IMG/VR virus record: IMGVR_UViG_3300005805_000169
Span: 1 to 41,217 of that record
Strand: one strand, 5' to 3'
Source of the DNA: a virus
Lineage: Duplodnaviria; Caudoviricetes
Length of the DNA: 41,217 nucleotides
The notes below the pieces were generated by a model, which saw nothing but the letters and a program-made list of their open reading frames with translations, ran no database searches and was not told where the DNA came from. Position numbers and translations under genes: made by a program. Position 1 is the stretch's first letter, and each line of letters opens with the position of its first letter. This document shows positions 9,612-17,540 of this stretch, in pieces.

Positions 9612-9839
9612 CTACTCCTTGACGAAGGACGGAGGAACCAGGTACCAGCCTTCGGGTATGGCGATCTTGTTCTGGGACAGGGTCCACTCACCGTTGACCC
9701 GGTGGTACACCTTGATCCTGCTGTCGGGACCGATCCGCATCGGCGACTCCTCCGGCACGAACACCGTCCGGCTTGTGCCGCAGCCAATCGCGAATGCGAT
9801 CGCCAGCACGGCGCAGAGAGTCGCGATCAGGATCAGCAT
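9612..9839 (-). CDS. Small lipoprotein, o-spanin (Rz1)-like
   Basis: Hydrophobic signal LILIATLCAVLAIAF plus lipobox AIG-C; overlaps the upstream ORF in another frame. Confidence 0.55.
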   Translation of the reverse strand: MLILIATLCAVLAIAFAIGCGTSRTVFVPEESPMRIGPDSRIKVYHRVNGEWTLSQNKIAIPEGWYLVPPSFVKE

Positions 9840-9924
9840 CGACCGCCACGGAGCCACGCTCCATCTTACGGTCGAGCCACCCGATGAGCGCAACCGTGAT
9901 CTGTGCGACGATCCGCTCGAGCAT
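9688..9924 (-). CDS. Small protein with weakly hydrophobic N-terminus, i-spanin (Rz)-like candidate
   Basis: Starts 2 nt after the holin-like gene; its 3' half overlaps the lipoprotein gene. Confidence 0.4.
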   Translation of the reverse strand: MLERIVAQITVALIGWLDRKMERGSVAVDADPDRDSLRRAGDRIRDWLRHKPDGVRAGGVADADRSRQQDQGVPPGQR

Positions 9925-9925
9925 G

Positions 9926-10117
9926 TCACTTCTTCACCATGGTGCGGGAGACGGTGTAGCCAAGGGAGGTGAGGACCAGGGCTGCGAGGCCGAGGATCTT
10001 GTCGCCGGCGCTCTCGGCCGGGAAGATGCCCGATGCGAATGCGGCGCCCACCACCATGGCCACGAACGAAAGCCAGAACTCCGTAGTCTTGTATCCAGGC
10101 TTGTTGTCTTCGTTCAC
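9926..10117 (-). CDS. Holin-like two-TM membrane protein
   Basis: KPGYKTTEFW followed by two hydrophobic helices and a basic C-terminus. Confidence 0.6.
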   Translation of the reverse strand: MNEDNKPGYKTTEFWLSFVAMVVGAAFASGIFPAESAGDKILGLAALVLTSLGYTVSRTMVKK

Positions 10118-10374
10118 TTGCTGCTCCTCTCGAGGTTCTCGAGCCGACGCTGGATGTCCTCCAGCGTCTTGTTGTGCAAGGCGTCGACCACTGCGGCCGA
10201 TGCCTGCGCCTTGGCCAGATCATTGACGGCCACGGCCAGCTTGTCAATGTCCGTCCTGTTCTGATTGAGCTGCTCCGTCTTGCTGCCGAACGCGAACAGC
10301 AAAGTCGCTATGCCCACCAGCATCGTGATGATCTGGAGGATCTGCAGCACGTTGGTCGTCTTCGGTTCAGGCAT
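10114..10374 (-). CDS. Single-TM coiled-coil protein (lysis-cassette associated)
   Basis: TM segment VLQILQIITMLVGIATLLFAF followed by a heptad-rich region. Confidence 0.55.
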   Translation of the reverse strand: MPEPKTTNVLQILQIITMLVGIATLLFAFGSKTEQLNQNRTDIDKLAVAVNDLAKAQASAAVVDALHNKTLEDIQRRLENLERSSK

Positions 10375-10375
10375 G

Positions 10376-10528
10376 TCAGAGGTACCGTGTCTTGAGGTCG
10401 TTGTCGAACTTGCGCAGCTCCTCGTCATGGTCGCCGTCGATGTCCGGGTCGTACGCGCAGAACACCTCAAGGTCGTGGATCACAACCTTGTCGCCGTTGT
10501 CCGTGATTCGGTGGGATGGGTTCGTCAT
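10376..10528 (-). pseudogene. 50-aa ORF, possibly a truncated N-terminal remnant of a longer phage head-assembly gene
   Basis: ATGA-coupled start; MTNPSHRITDNGDKVVIHDLEVFCAYDPDIDGDHDEELRKFDN ends abruptly; resemblance is from recall only. Confidence 0.35.
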
Positions 10529-11763
10529 GGCATTGCCGTGTACACATTGCTGAAGGTGTCGAGCGTGGCGTTCGCGTCTGAGGTGTTCACCACGGTGACG
10601 GTGAAGTTGGACGGATAGCCGCTGTTCCCGAACGCCACATACCAGTTGTTTTGCACGGTGAATGTGCCGTTCGTCACAATGCCCGTCATGCCAAGCGTAA
10701 TCGGATCGTCCGTAGACGAGACATCGCCTGTTCCCATGCCAAGTGCATCGGTCGGCCCCGCCATGTAGAACATGCCGCCGCCCGTGAAGGTCAGTCGCAG
10801 GGTGATCGTCTGGTTGATGCCGGACACCTGCCGCTGCGTGTAGGTGAACTGACCTATCAGTTCGTTGTACCCGACATTGGCCCAGTTCACCGCGTTCGGA
10901 GTCACATCTCCACCCTGCACGGCGTTCTTCACGGCGGTGAACGACTGCATCAAGGTGTCGTTGTCGCTGACATTCCGCACCTCGTAGGTGAGGGTGTCCC
11001 CGGTCGTTGCGGGGACCACGGCGAATCCGACATAGTTGTTCACCGTGATCGGGATTGTTCCGCTGATGTTGTTGGTGAACGAAAGCGCCGTCCACAGTCC
11101 GGGGTTCGTCGCGTAGTCGGTTTGATCGAATGTTCCAGCTGATCGGTAGTACACGGACGCGCTGCCGCCGCCTGTCTTGACGAGCCGGAAACTCACCGGG
11201 GTGTTGATCGACCGGATGTTTCCTTGATTGTTCACAACGGGAGCGCCATCGTCGTAGGCGAGGTCCAGCATCAAACTCAATGTCGGCGTCACATCGGCGG
11301 TCTGCGTGGTCTTCAGCGCGGTAAAGGTGTCGAGCACGGAGTTGGCGTTGCTCGCGTTCTGCACCTGATATGTGAGCGTATCGTCGTTCGCGCTCGGGAC
11401 CACGACGAACCCGATGTATCGGTTCGGAGCGACATTGATGTTCGCGCTGTTCGCTCCGGTGAACGACAGGACATTCCACAATCCACTGTTGAACACATAG
11501 TCGTTCGTGGCGAACGACGAAGAGGAGGTGCGGTAGTACACCGTGCCGCCGCCGCCCGAAAGCAGAACGAGCCGCAGGTTCACGCTTGAATCTGTGTTGG
11601 TCAACTGTCCTATGTTGTTCGGGTACTCGGCCCTGTCCATGTAGGACAGGTTGCTCATGTCCGAAAGCACCGCTTCTACCTGCGATATGACAGGCCGCAC
11701 CTTGTAGGTGAGGGCGGTTCTAAGTGCTCGACGGGTATGAGCTCCCTTTCTCGATCGACGCAT
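10525..11763 (-). CDS. Beta-rich protein with three internal ~120-aa repeats; putative virion accessory protein
   Basis: Recurring (L/F)RL..GGG..YY...Y(I/V)GF...V.N.S...L..F pattern; lower GC than neighbours. Confidence 0.65.
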   Translation of the reverse strand: MRRSRKGAHTRRALRTALTYKVRPVISQVEAVLSDMSNLSYMDRAEYPNNIGQLTNTDSSVNLRLVLLSGGGGTVYYRTSSSSFATNDYVFNSGLWNVLSFTGANSANINVAPNRYIGFVVVPSANDDTLTYQVQNASNANSVLDTFTALKTTQTADVTPTLSLMLDLAYDDGAPVVNNQGNIRSINTPVSFRLVKTGGGSASVYYRSAGTFDQTDYATNPGLWTALSFTNNISGTIPITVNNYVGFAVVPATTGDTLTYEVRNVSDNDTLMQSFTAVKNAVQGGDVTPNAVNWANVGYNELIGQFTYTQRQVSGINQTITLRLTFTGGGMFYMAGPTDALGMGTGDVSSTDDPITLGMTGIVTNGTFTVQNNWYVAFGNSGYPSNFTVTVVNTSDANATLDTFSNVYTAMP

Positions 11764-11766
11764 GGC

Positions 11767-12645
11767 TCACCCCAGGAACATGCCCATCAGGAACAGCTCT
11801 ACTCGCCGCACGACACCTAATCCAGCGGTGTCCGTGATGGTAATGCCGGTCGGGAGAGAGCCGAGCGAACAGATGATCTCCTGACAACCGTGAGTTTGGA
11901 ACTCGATGCCCATGCCGATCATGGTGTCAGCGCTACCGGTGACATGCCGCGCGTTGCCAATAGCAAGACCTGAAGTGTCGGCCTTCGAGATCGAGAGATC
12001 TGCTGGCAGGTGGTAGGCCGTACCTGTTCCAACAACCGGGTTGCGACCAAAGCTGCGGGAATCAGTGCTAGTGGCTACAGCCATGCTGCCATTGCTCGTG
12101 AGCGCGTTCGTGGCGTACGGGGCCAGCGGGATCCAGAGGCCATGGGTCCTGATGTTGTAGGACCCAGAGACCCGCTCGTAAGCCGAGTCCGTCGGCACGT
12201 CGTCGGGGAACCGATACAGCTTGGGGTTCAGCTTGTTGACTTCGGTGAACCCCTTGGTCTGGGGGGTCAGGCCCATCGGCAGGATGAACGGCGGCACGTA
12301 GCTAGCGGCGGTACCGAAAACAAGACCAGGCGCTGCTGCAGATCGGACAAGACGATACATCGGGAAGATCAGGATCCGGTCGTAGGCGTTGGGTACAGCG
12401 ACCGGATAGTAGGATCCCGTGGTGGCGGAGTTGTCGAAGTTGCGAGCCACCCACGGCACGAACCGATCCGCGTCAAGGGCCGTACTGCTGAAGGTCATCG
12501 CCTGATTGGTGGCACCAGCGGCGGTGTGGCTGGTGGAGGTGAAGTGCCCGAGGACGAACGGCTGGGAGGCGATCGTGGAGATGGCGCCGAACCCCCAGTG
12601 GGCGGGCTCAACTGCTCGGAAGGTCTGGAGTGGCTCGTTCGGCAT
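11767..12645 (-). CDS. T/A/G-rich hypothetical protein, putatively structural
   Basis: Composition and position next to the repeat protein; lower GC. Confidence 0.55.
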   Translation of the reverse strand: MPNEPLQTFRAVEPAHWGFGAISTIASQPFVLGHFTSTSHTAAGATNQAMTFSSTALDADRFVPWVARNFDNSATTGSYYPVAVPNAYDRILIFPMYRLVRSAAAPGLVFGTAASYVPPFILPMGLTPQTKGFTEVNKLNPKLYRFPDDVPTDSAYERVSGSYNIRTHGLWIPLAPYATNALTSNGSMAVATSTDSRSFGRNPVVGTGTAYHLPADLSISKADTSGLAIGNARHVTGSADTMIGMGIEFQTHGCQEIICSLGSLPTGITITDTAGLGVVRRVELFLMGMFLG

Positions 12646-13156
12646 GGGTCAGGGCTCCGTTGATCAGGAGTCTTGCGACTTCCTCCCCCACTGATCTGCG
12701 TTGTTCGGGGGTTGCGGCTGGAAGGTAGAGGATTTGGATTCGGCGTTCAAGACAGATGCGGTGGAGGGCGTCGACCACCAGCCACGGATCCACGTCGAGC
12801 TGGGCCCGGGCGGTCCTGACCAGGTGGCCGATCGTTCCTTCAAGAATGAGTATCGGATGGGCGCACTCGGATCGCAGCCGATCGGCAGCCTTGACGAAGC
12901 GCTCCCGACCAGTGGGGGTGAGCAGGTTCGAGAAGAGCTCGGGCAGGTGCTTCTTGCGTTCGATCAGGACCCGGGACTCGAAGCCTTCGAGGGCGTAGTC
13001 CCCGGTGGGCAGGCGCTTCTTGGTGACCGTGAGGGAGACGGTGCAGGACCGGCGGTCGCAGGGCAGGTGGGCATCGTCCAGCATGACCATGTTGGCGGGG
13101 AAGAGGAGGGGCGTCTTCTCCCGGTCGTCCTGGATGATGGTCCAGCTGCGGTTCAC
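12608..13156 (-). CDS. ERCC4/XPF-family nuclease (resolvase-like)
   Basis: IIQDDREKTP, LPTGDY, LIERKK and LILEG motifs. Confidence 0.8.
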   Translation of the reverse strand: MNRSWTIIQDDREKTPLLFPANMVMLDDAHLPCDRRSCTVSLTVTKKRLPTGDYALEGFESRVLIERKKHLPELFSNLLTPTGRERFVKAADRLRSECAHPILILEGTIGHLVRTARAQLDVDPWLVVDALHRICLERRIQILYLPAATPEQRRSVGEEVARLLINGALTHAERATPDLPSS

Positions 13157-13440
13157 AGGGTGGCCTTGGTCTCCCGGTCAACCCGGGAGAGGATCTGCTT
13201 GATCTTGCACTCGGCGATGTTGAAGGCGACGGCCAGCTCGGGTAGCGACAGGATGCGGGAAGCCTTCACGATCTGCCGCTCGATGCGTCCGCCCGGCTTG
13301 ACCACCGGGTTGGTCGGGACCTTGTGCCTGCGGGCCAGGTCGAAGATGCGCTTGCGGGACAGGCCGACCTCGATGGCCACGGAGGATGCGTTCTCTCCAC
13401 GGTTCAGGAGGGCCAGGACTCGGCGGTGGTTTGCTTGCAT
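13153..13440 (-). CDS. Tandem-HTH DNA-binding protein
   Basis: Two HTH-like segments: ASSVAIEVGLSRKRIFDL and LPELAVAFNIAECKIKQIL. Confidence 0.6.
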   Translation of the reverse strand: MQANHRRVLALLNRGENASSVAIEVGLSRKRIFDLARRHKVPTNPVVKPGGRIERQIVKASRILSLPELAVAFNIAECKIKQILSRVDRETKATL

Positions 13441-13443
13441 GGT

Positions 13444-15507
13444 TCAGGTGTAGATGGTGCGTTCGTACCTGATCGGAACGTATCGACCCAGGTTCTCGCA
13501 CAGTCTAGCCCAGTATCCTTCTGTTGTCACGTAGGTAAAGGCGTCACGGAACAGGGTGTCCAGCCGGGCAATGGCGGTGTCGCTACGGCAGTCGAAGTAG
13601 ATCGCGTCGTACACGTTGAGGAACATGAGGATGTCGGGCGAGGCTGCGTTGATCGAGGGCAGGGTGCGGTGCAGGTGGTGCTGGATCCGGAGGAGGACGT
13701 TGCCGGCCGTGCACTGGATGGGCATGTTCACGATTTCGGACACGTCGTATGCGTCGCCGCCCATGAAGCGGCGGGACTGGCCGATGAACGGCAGCTCGAC
13801 GTAGCCACGGGCACGGGTCTCCCGGATCAGGTTCTCCTGCCATGCCCAGAGGCCGGGTCGTGCGTGGGCTCGGGTCTTGACGATGTTCTCGCAGATGGAC
13901 ATGGGCACGACGATGCCGGTCATCTTGAACACCTGGGTCTGCAGGGTGGGTGCGCCGGCACGGAAGAGGTCTCCGAAGTTGGCGCCCTTGGCTGCCTGGC
14001 GGTAGATCTTCTTGAAGTCGGGGTCGTCGACGATGGCCGGGCCGAACACCTGGATGGCCCTGCTGGTATGCAGGTCGAGGGGTGGGTCGGCACGGAAGGC
14101 GGAGCACAGGGCGTCGTCGCCGGAGAGCAGGCCGGCCACGACCATCTCGATCTGCGACAGGTCGTAGCCCACGATGTGCCCGTGCGGCCAGCGGCTGCGG
14201 TAGTAGCGCTTGATCTCGTCGGGGTCGGTCTGATGCCGGAAGTTCTTGCAGGTGATGCGGCCCTGCAGGGTGCCGCCCTCGCCGCCGGCCCCGTCCTTCG
14301 AGGCGGTGGGCGTGACGAACCACGTGGGATAGGACACCCCCACTGGTCCGGTGGGCCGGGCCACGAGGCGTGAGGATTTGTTGGCCGGGTCCATCCGCTG
14401 GTGCCGGAGCAGCGGGAAGAGGTAGGAGGAGAGCAGCTTCTGGAGGGAGGAGTAGGTGCCGAGCAGCTCGAGCTGTTCCGTCAGATCAGTGGGGGGCCGG
14501 AAGCTGAGGAAGAGCTGGCGGTTCACGTCGTTGACCGCGATCTCCTTCTTGGTTTCGGTGAGCTGGAAGAGGGGGTGCGACCGGATCGACGGGTCCTTGT
14601 TGGTCTCGATCCAGGTGCAGGTCGATTGCATCAGGGCCAGTTTGGACTTGGCACTTCCTGGCCCGGTGAGTACGAGCCCGAGTCGGGCAGCAGAATCCTC
14701 AGCATCCCGCATGCGGGACAGTACGGATGCCTCAAGTTCCGATAGGCCAGCCCGGTCCATAGGCACTCCCGATTCCGACATGCGGACCACAGTCCAGATG
14801 GTGTCGGAGTAGTGGTCGATGCACTCGGGCCCGAGCTTGGGGGTGGAGGGGTAGTCGGAGCGGATGCGGCGGGCGAGCTCGGCGCATGCGAGCATGGTGT
14901 TGTGGGTGTCGGCTGCGTTGTACCGGTGGAGTTCGGGATCTCGTGCATCGTGGTATCTCTTGGAGCGGTCGAGCTGCGACTGCGGGTAGGCATGGGTTCC
15001 GAGGATGGGGCCGAGGGCCTTGAGGGAGCGCTCGGGCCGGAGCTCGGAGTGCAGGTAGTTCAGGACGGACAGGTCGATCAGCGTCTGGTGGGACAGGTGG
15101 AAGCGGAGGTCGGGCTGGGAGCGGAGGTAGAGCAGGTCGAACTGCAGGTTCATGCCGAGGATGGTGTGCGCGTGCGCGAGCCATCGGGCGAGGTGCCGTC
15201 GGTGGGCGGGGATGTGGAGCTGGAAGACGAAGGTAGGTCCGGGGGCGAGGTGTTCCAGCTGAACATCAGCACGGGCAACGGTGACGGAAACGGTCTGAAC
15301 AAGGTCACGGACATTGCACCCATCTGAATCGATGGATCGGGCGGGGTGGAAGACGGTCTGTTCGGGGAGGAGTCGTCCAGTGGGGGTGAATCGTGTGATG
15401 CCATAGGTCTCGATGTCCAGGCTAATGGTGCGGGGATCGGGGAGGCTGGATGTCCGGGTCGGTCGGGACAGGGGCGCAGCCCTTGACGGTGGAGATGAGG
15501 AGTTCAA
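13444..15507 (-). CDS. polA: Family A DNA polymerase with 3'-5' exonuclease domain
   Basis: Exo I SLDIET, Exo II GMNLQFD, Exo III YNAAD; motif A YDLSQIE, motif B RQAAKGANFG, motif C VYDAI; TTG start uncertain. Confidence 0.9.
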   Translation of the reverse strand: MNSSSPPSRAAPLSRPTRTSSLPDPRTISLDIETYGITRFTPTGRLLPEQTVFHPARSIDSDGCNVRDLVQTVSVTVARADVQLEHLAPGPTFVFQLHIPAHRRHLARWLAHAHTILGMNLQFDLLYLRSQPDLRFHLSHQTLIDLSVLNYLHSELRPERSLKALGPILGTHAYPQSQLDRSKRYHDARDPELHRYNAADTHNTMLACAELARRIRSDYPSTPKLGPECIDHYSDTIWTVVRMSESGVPMDRAGLSELEASVLSRMRDAEDSAARLGLVLTGPGSAKSKLALMQSTCTWIETNKDPSIRSHPLFQLTETKKEIAVNDVNRQLFLSFRPPTDLTEQLELLGTYSSLQKLLSSYLFPLLRHQRMDPANKSSRLVARPTGPVGVSYPTWFVTPTASKDGAGGEGGTLQGRITCKNFRHQTDPDEIKRYYRSRWPHGHIVGYDLSQIEMVVAGLLSGDDALCSAFRADPPLDLHTSRAIQVFGPAIVDDPDFKKIYRQAAKGANFGDLFRAGAPTLQTQVFKMTGIVVPMSICENIVKTRAHARPGLWAWQENLIRETRARGYVELPFIGQSRRFMGGDAYDVSEIVNMPIQCTAGNVLLRIQHHLHRTLPSINAASPDILMFLNVYDAIYFDCRSDTAIARLDTLFRDAFTYVTTEGYWARLCENLGRYVPIRYERTIYT

Positions 15508-16075
15508 TGTGATCCTCGACGGTGTGGATCAGGGAGTTGTTGCGGAGGATGGCGGCCGGGTGCAGCGTGGCGAAGACGTGGACGGGGGTGCCGGCGAGCT
15601 GACGCACCTTTCCGTTCTGCGAGATGGCGTCCTTGTGCGAGACGCGCATGCCCAGGTGCAGCCGGTGGAACTGGGCGGTGGCGTCGGAACCTAGTAGCAG
15701 CACCAGGATTTGGGGTGGGTTCGTGGCCAGGATGGAGGCCAGGTCGGCGGAGCAGTGGGGGTGGCAGGATTTGTAGTCGCGCGCCTTGGCGTCTGGCTCT
15801 GGCCCGCAGCGTGCGAGGTACGTGCCGTAGATGGTACACAAGGTGGAGAGTTCGGCAAGTAGGATGTCACGGAGAAGGCGGCCCGGCTTGCCGACGAAGG
15901 GCTCGTTGTGGACGTGCTCGTGGTAGCCGGGGGCGGGGCCGATGCAGACGAGGACGGGAGCGTCCGGTCCCGGCAATCCCCACCGGGTGGTGGGGACGCC
16001 GGGGTTCCGGGGCGCCTGCTCCCATCGACCGCAGGCACGGCAGTCGGGGTGCGATGGGAAGACGGGCAGGTTCAC
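15422..16075 (-). CDS. Divergent family-4 uracil-DNA-glycosylase-like Fe-S protein
   Basis: CRAC, GPAPG..E..PFVGKPGRLL, ARC, LLLG and TLHPAAILRN. Confidence 0.8.
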   Translation of the reverse strand: MNLPVFPSHPDCRACGRWEQAPRNPGVPTTRWGLPGPDAPVLVCIGPAPGYHEHVHNEPFVGKPGRLLRDILLAELSTLCTIYGTYLARCGPEPDAKARDYKSCHPHCSADLASILATNPPQILVLLLGSDATAQFHRLHLGMRVSHKDAISQNGKVRQLAGTPVHVFATLHPAAILRNNSLIHTVEDHIELLISTVKGCAPVPTDPDIQPPRSPHH

Positions 16076-16305
16076 TCGGACTCCTCGTCTTCGGTGAGCT
16101 CGGCGTGGTAGTGGATGTCGGCGTGACGGAATGCCTGGTTCACCTCGTCCAATCCGAAGAGGTGCATCGAGTCGGTCAGCAGGTCGATGAGGCAGGCTAT
16201 GTCCGGTTCCTCGAGGCGGGCCTGCTCGATGGGCATGTTCTCGATGTAGGCGGCGAGGGCGTTGCGGGCACGCTCGGCCCGCTCTGCGTTGGTGGGTTCA
16301 CTCAT
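16072..16305 (-). CDS. Hypothetical early protein
   Basis: Coupled ORF; TNAERAERARNAL..DLLTDSMHL pattern common in phage early genes. Confidence 0.6.
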   Translation of the reverse strand: MSEPTNAERAERARNALAAYIENMPIEQARLEEPDIACLIDLLTDSMHLFGLDEVNQAFRHADIHYHAELTEDEESE

Positions 16306-16594
16306 GGGTGTTCTCGTGGTGGGAGGTGTCGATCTCGTAGGCTTGGATCTCCTTGCCGACGGCGTTGCCGAGGAGCCGGTCGACGTCCTCGAACTTTCCT
16401 TCGATGCGGCACAGCCATGCGTCGCCGATCACCATGTCGATGTGCCAGTCCATCATGCCCTCGAGTTCCTTGACACGGGCACGGAGGTGCTCGATCTCGG
16501 AGGTGGCGGTGGAGAGGGCGCGTCGGTAACGGGCGGACCTGGTGGTGCGGGCGATGGCGGCGAGGTCGTTGAGGTCGGTGGGTTCAGGGTTCAT
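16298..16594 (-). CDS. Hypothetical early protein
   Basis: Coupled ORF with a short coiled coil (EIEHLRARVKELE). Confidence 0.55.
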   Translation of the reverse strand: MNPEPTDLNDLAAIARTTRSARYRRALSTATSEIEHLRARVKELEGMMDWHIDMVIGDAWLCRIEGKFEDVDRLLGNAVGKEIQAYEIDTSHHENTHE

Positions 16595-16886
16595 TGTCGA
16601 CTCCGTCGGAGTTGGACCCACGGTCGCAGTGGTTGACGCAATCGGTGGGCCGGTCGATGTTGTCCCAGTCGGAGTTGGCCCGGTAGAACCCGGTGTACGA
16701 GGGCTCGGACGGGAGGTCGTGCTTGGCGAGGAGCTTGACGAGGTCGCGGTTCAGGGCGACGAGCTTCTCGTGGTGGTCGCTGTCGAGGAAGGGAGGGAAG
16801 GCGAGGCGGATGTGCTGGACGTTGTGCGACCAGCGGGGTGCGGCCTTGCGCCACGGGTGGTTCTTCTTGGGTGGTACTGCGGTCAT
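16584..16886 (-). CDS. Hypothetical early protein
   Basis: ATGA coupling; N-terminal PPKKNHPWRK. Confidence 0.55.
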   Translation of the reverse strand: MTAVPPKKNHPWRKAAPRWSHNVQHIRLAFPPFLDSDHHEKLVALNRDLVKLLAKHDLPSEPSYTGFYRANSDWDNIDRPTDCVNHCDRGSNSDGVDNEP

Positions 16887-17005
16887 TGGGTCCGTCCGAT
16901 CAGGATGCCGATCACGAAGAAGGCGACGCCCCATCCGGTGATGGCGAGGAAGAGGGTGAACTCGTGGCGAATGCGGGAGAGTGTGACTGTGTCGTGGTCG
17001 TTCAT
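16883..17005 (-). CDS. 40-aa single-TM protein (not in ORF track)
   Basis: MNDHDTVTLSRIRHEFTLFLAITGWGVAFFVIGILIGRTQ; stop overlaps the next start. Confidence 0.5.
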   Translation of the reverse strand: MNDHDTVTLSRIRHEFTLFLAITGWGVAFFVIGILIGRTQ

Positions 17006-17056
17006 GGTGCAGGTGGGTGTGGCGGGGGCGGTCGCATCGCCCCCTGGTGCGGGCAG

Positions 17057-17431
17057 TCAGCGGCGGGTCAGGGCGTTCACCATCTCGGTGGCGAGGTGGC
17101 GGTAGTTGATGTTCTCGACGATCTCGTCGGTGTCGAGGCTGATGTGGTCGACGATGTCGCTGAGGTTCAGCTCGGAGGCGATGTCGCGGGACGAGAGGTG
17201 GGCCGCGACGTCGGAGGTGTCGATGTTGGCGGCGAGCTCGCCGTGGTCGATGCAGCGGGTGATCGCCTTCTGCAGGGAGTACGAGTCCTCGAGGATGGAC
17301 TGGAGTTCGGTGTTGAGGTTGGCGCGGATGGCGTCGGTCACGGCCTGCTCCACGATGGGCTTGATGAACTCGCGGAGCGAGGCGGTGAATGCGAGGTCGG
17401 CGTTGGTTGCGGTGGTGATGTGGTCGTTCAT
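17057..17431 (-). CDS. Hypothetical protein with short ~9-residue acidic helical repeats
   Basis: IDHGELAAN/IDTSDVAAH/LSSRDIASE/LNLSDIVDH. Confidence 0.65.
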   Translation of the reverse strand: MNDHITTATNADLAFTASLREFIKPIVEQAVTDAIRANLNTELQSILEDSYSLQKAITRCIDHGELAANIDTSDVAAHLSSRDIASELNLSDIVDHISLDTDEIVENINYRHLATEMVNALTRR

Positions 17432-17441
17432 GGTTGTCTCT

Positions 17442-17540
17442 TTAGGATGCGAGGATGGTGAACACGAAGTACAGGAACAGGAAGACGTAGAAGGTGACGG
17501 GGTTGAAGAAGCGGAGAGGGTTGCGTTGCTGCGACATCAT
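17442..17540 (-). CDS. Tiny single-TM protein
   Basis: MMSQQRNPLRFFNPVTFYVFLFLYFVFTILAS; coupled start. Confidence 0.45.
   Translation of the reverse strand: MMSQQRNPLRFFNPVTFYVFLFLYFVFTILAS

Noticed and set aside
12591-12600. Near-match CACTGGGGGT here (reverse) and at 26157-26166
   Set aside because: One mismatch in the core; not counted as motif copies
14705-14718. Perfect 14-bp palindrome TCCCGCATGCGGGA within a patch of atypical codons in polA
   Set aside because: Single GC-rich occurrence with no second copy seen; plausible by chance
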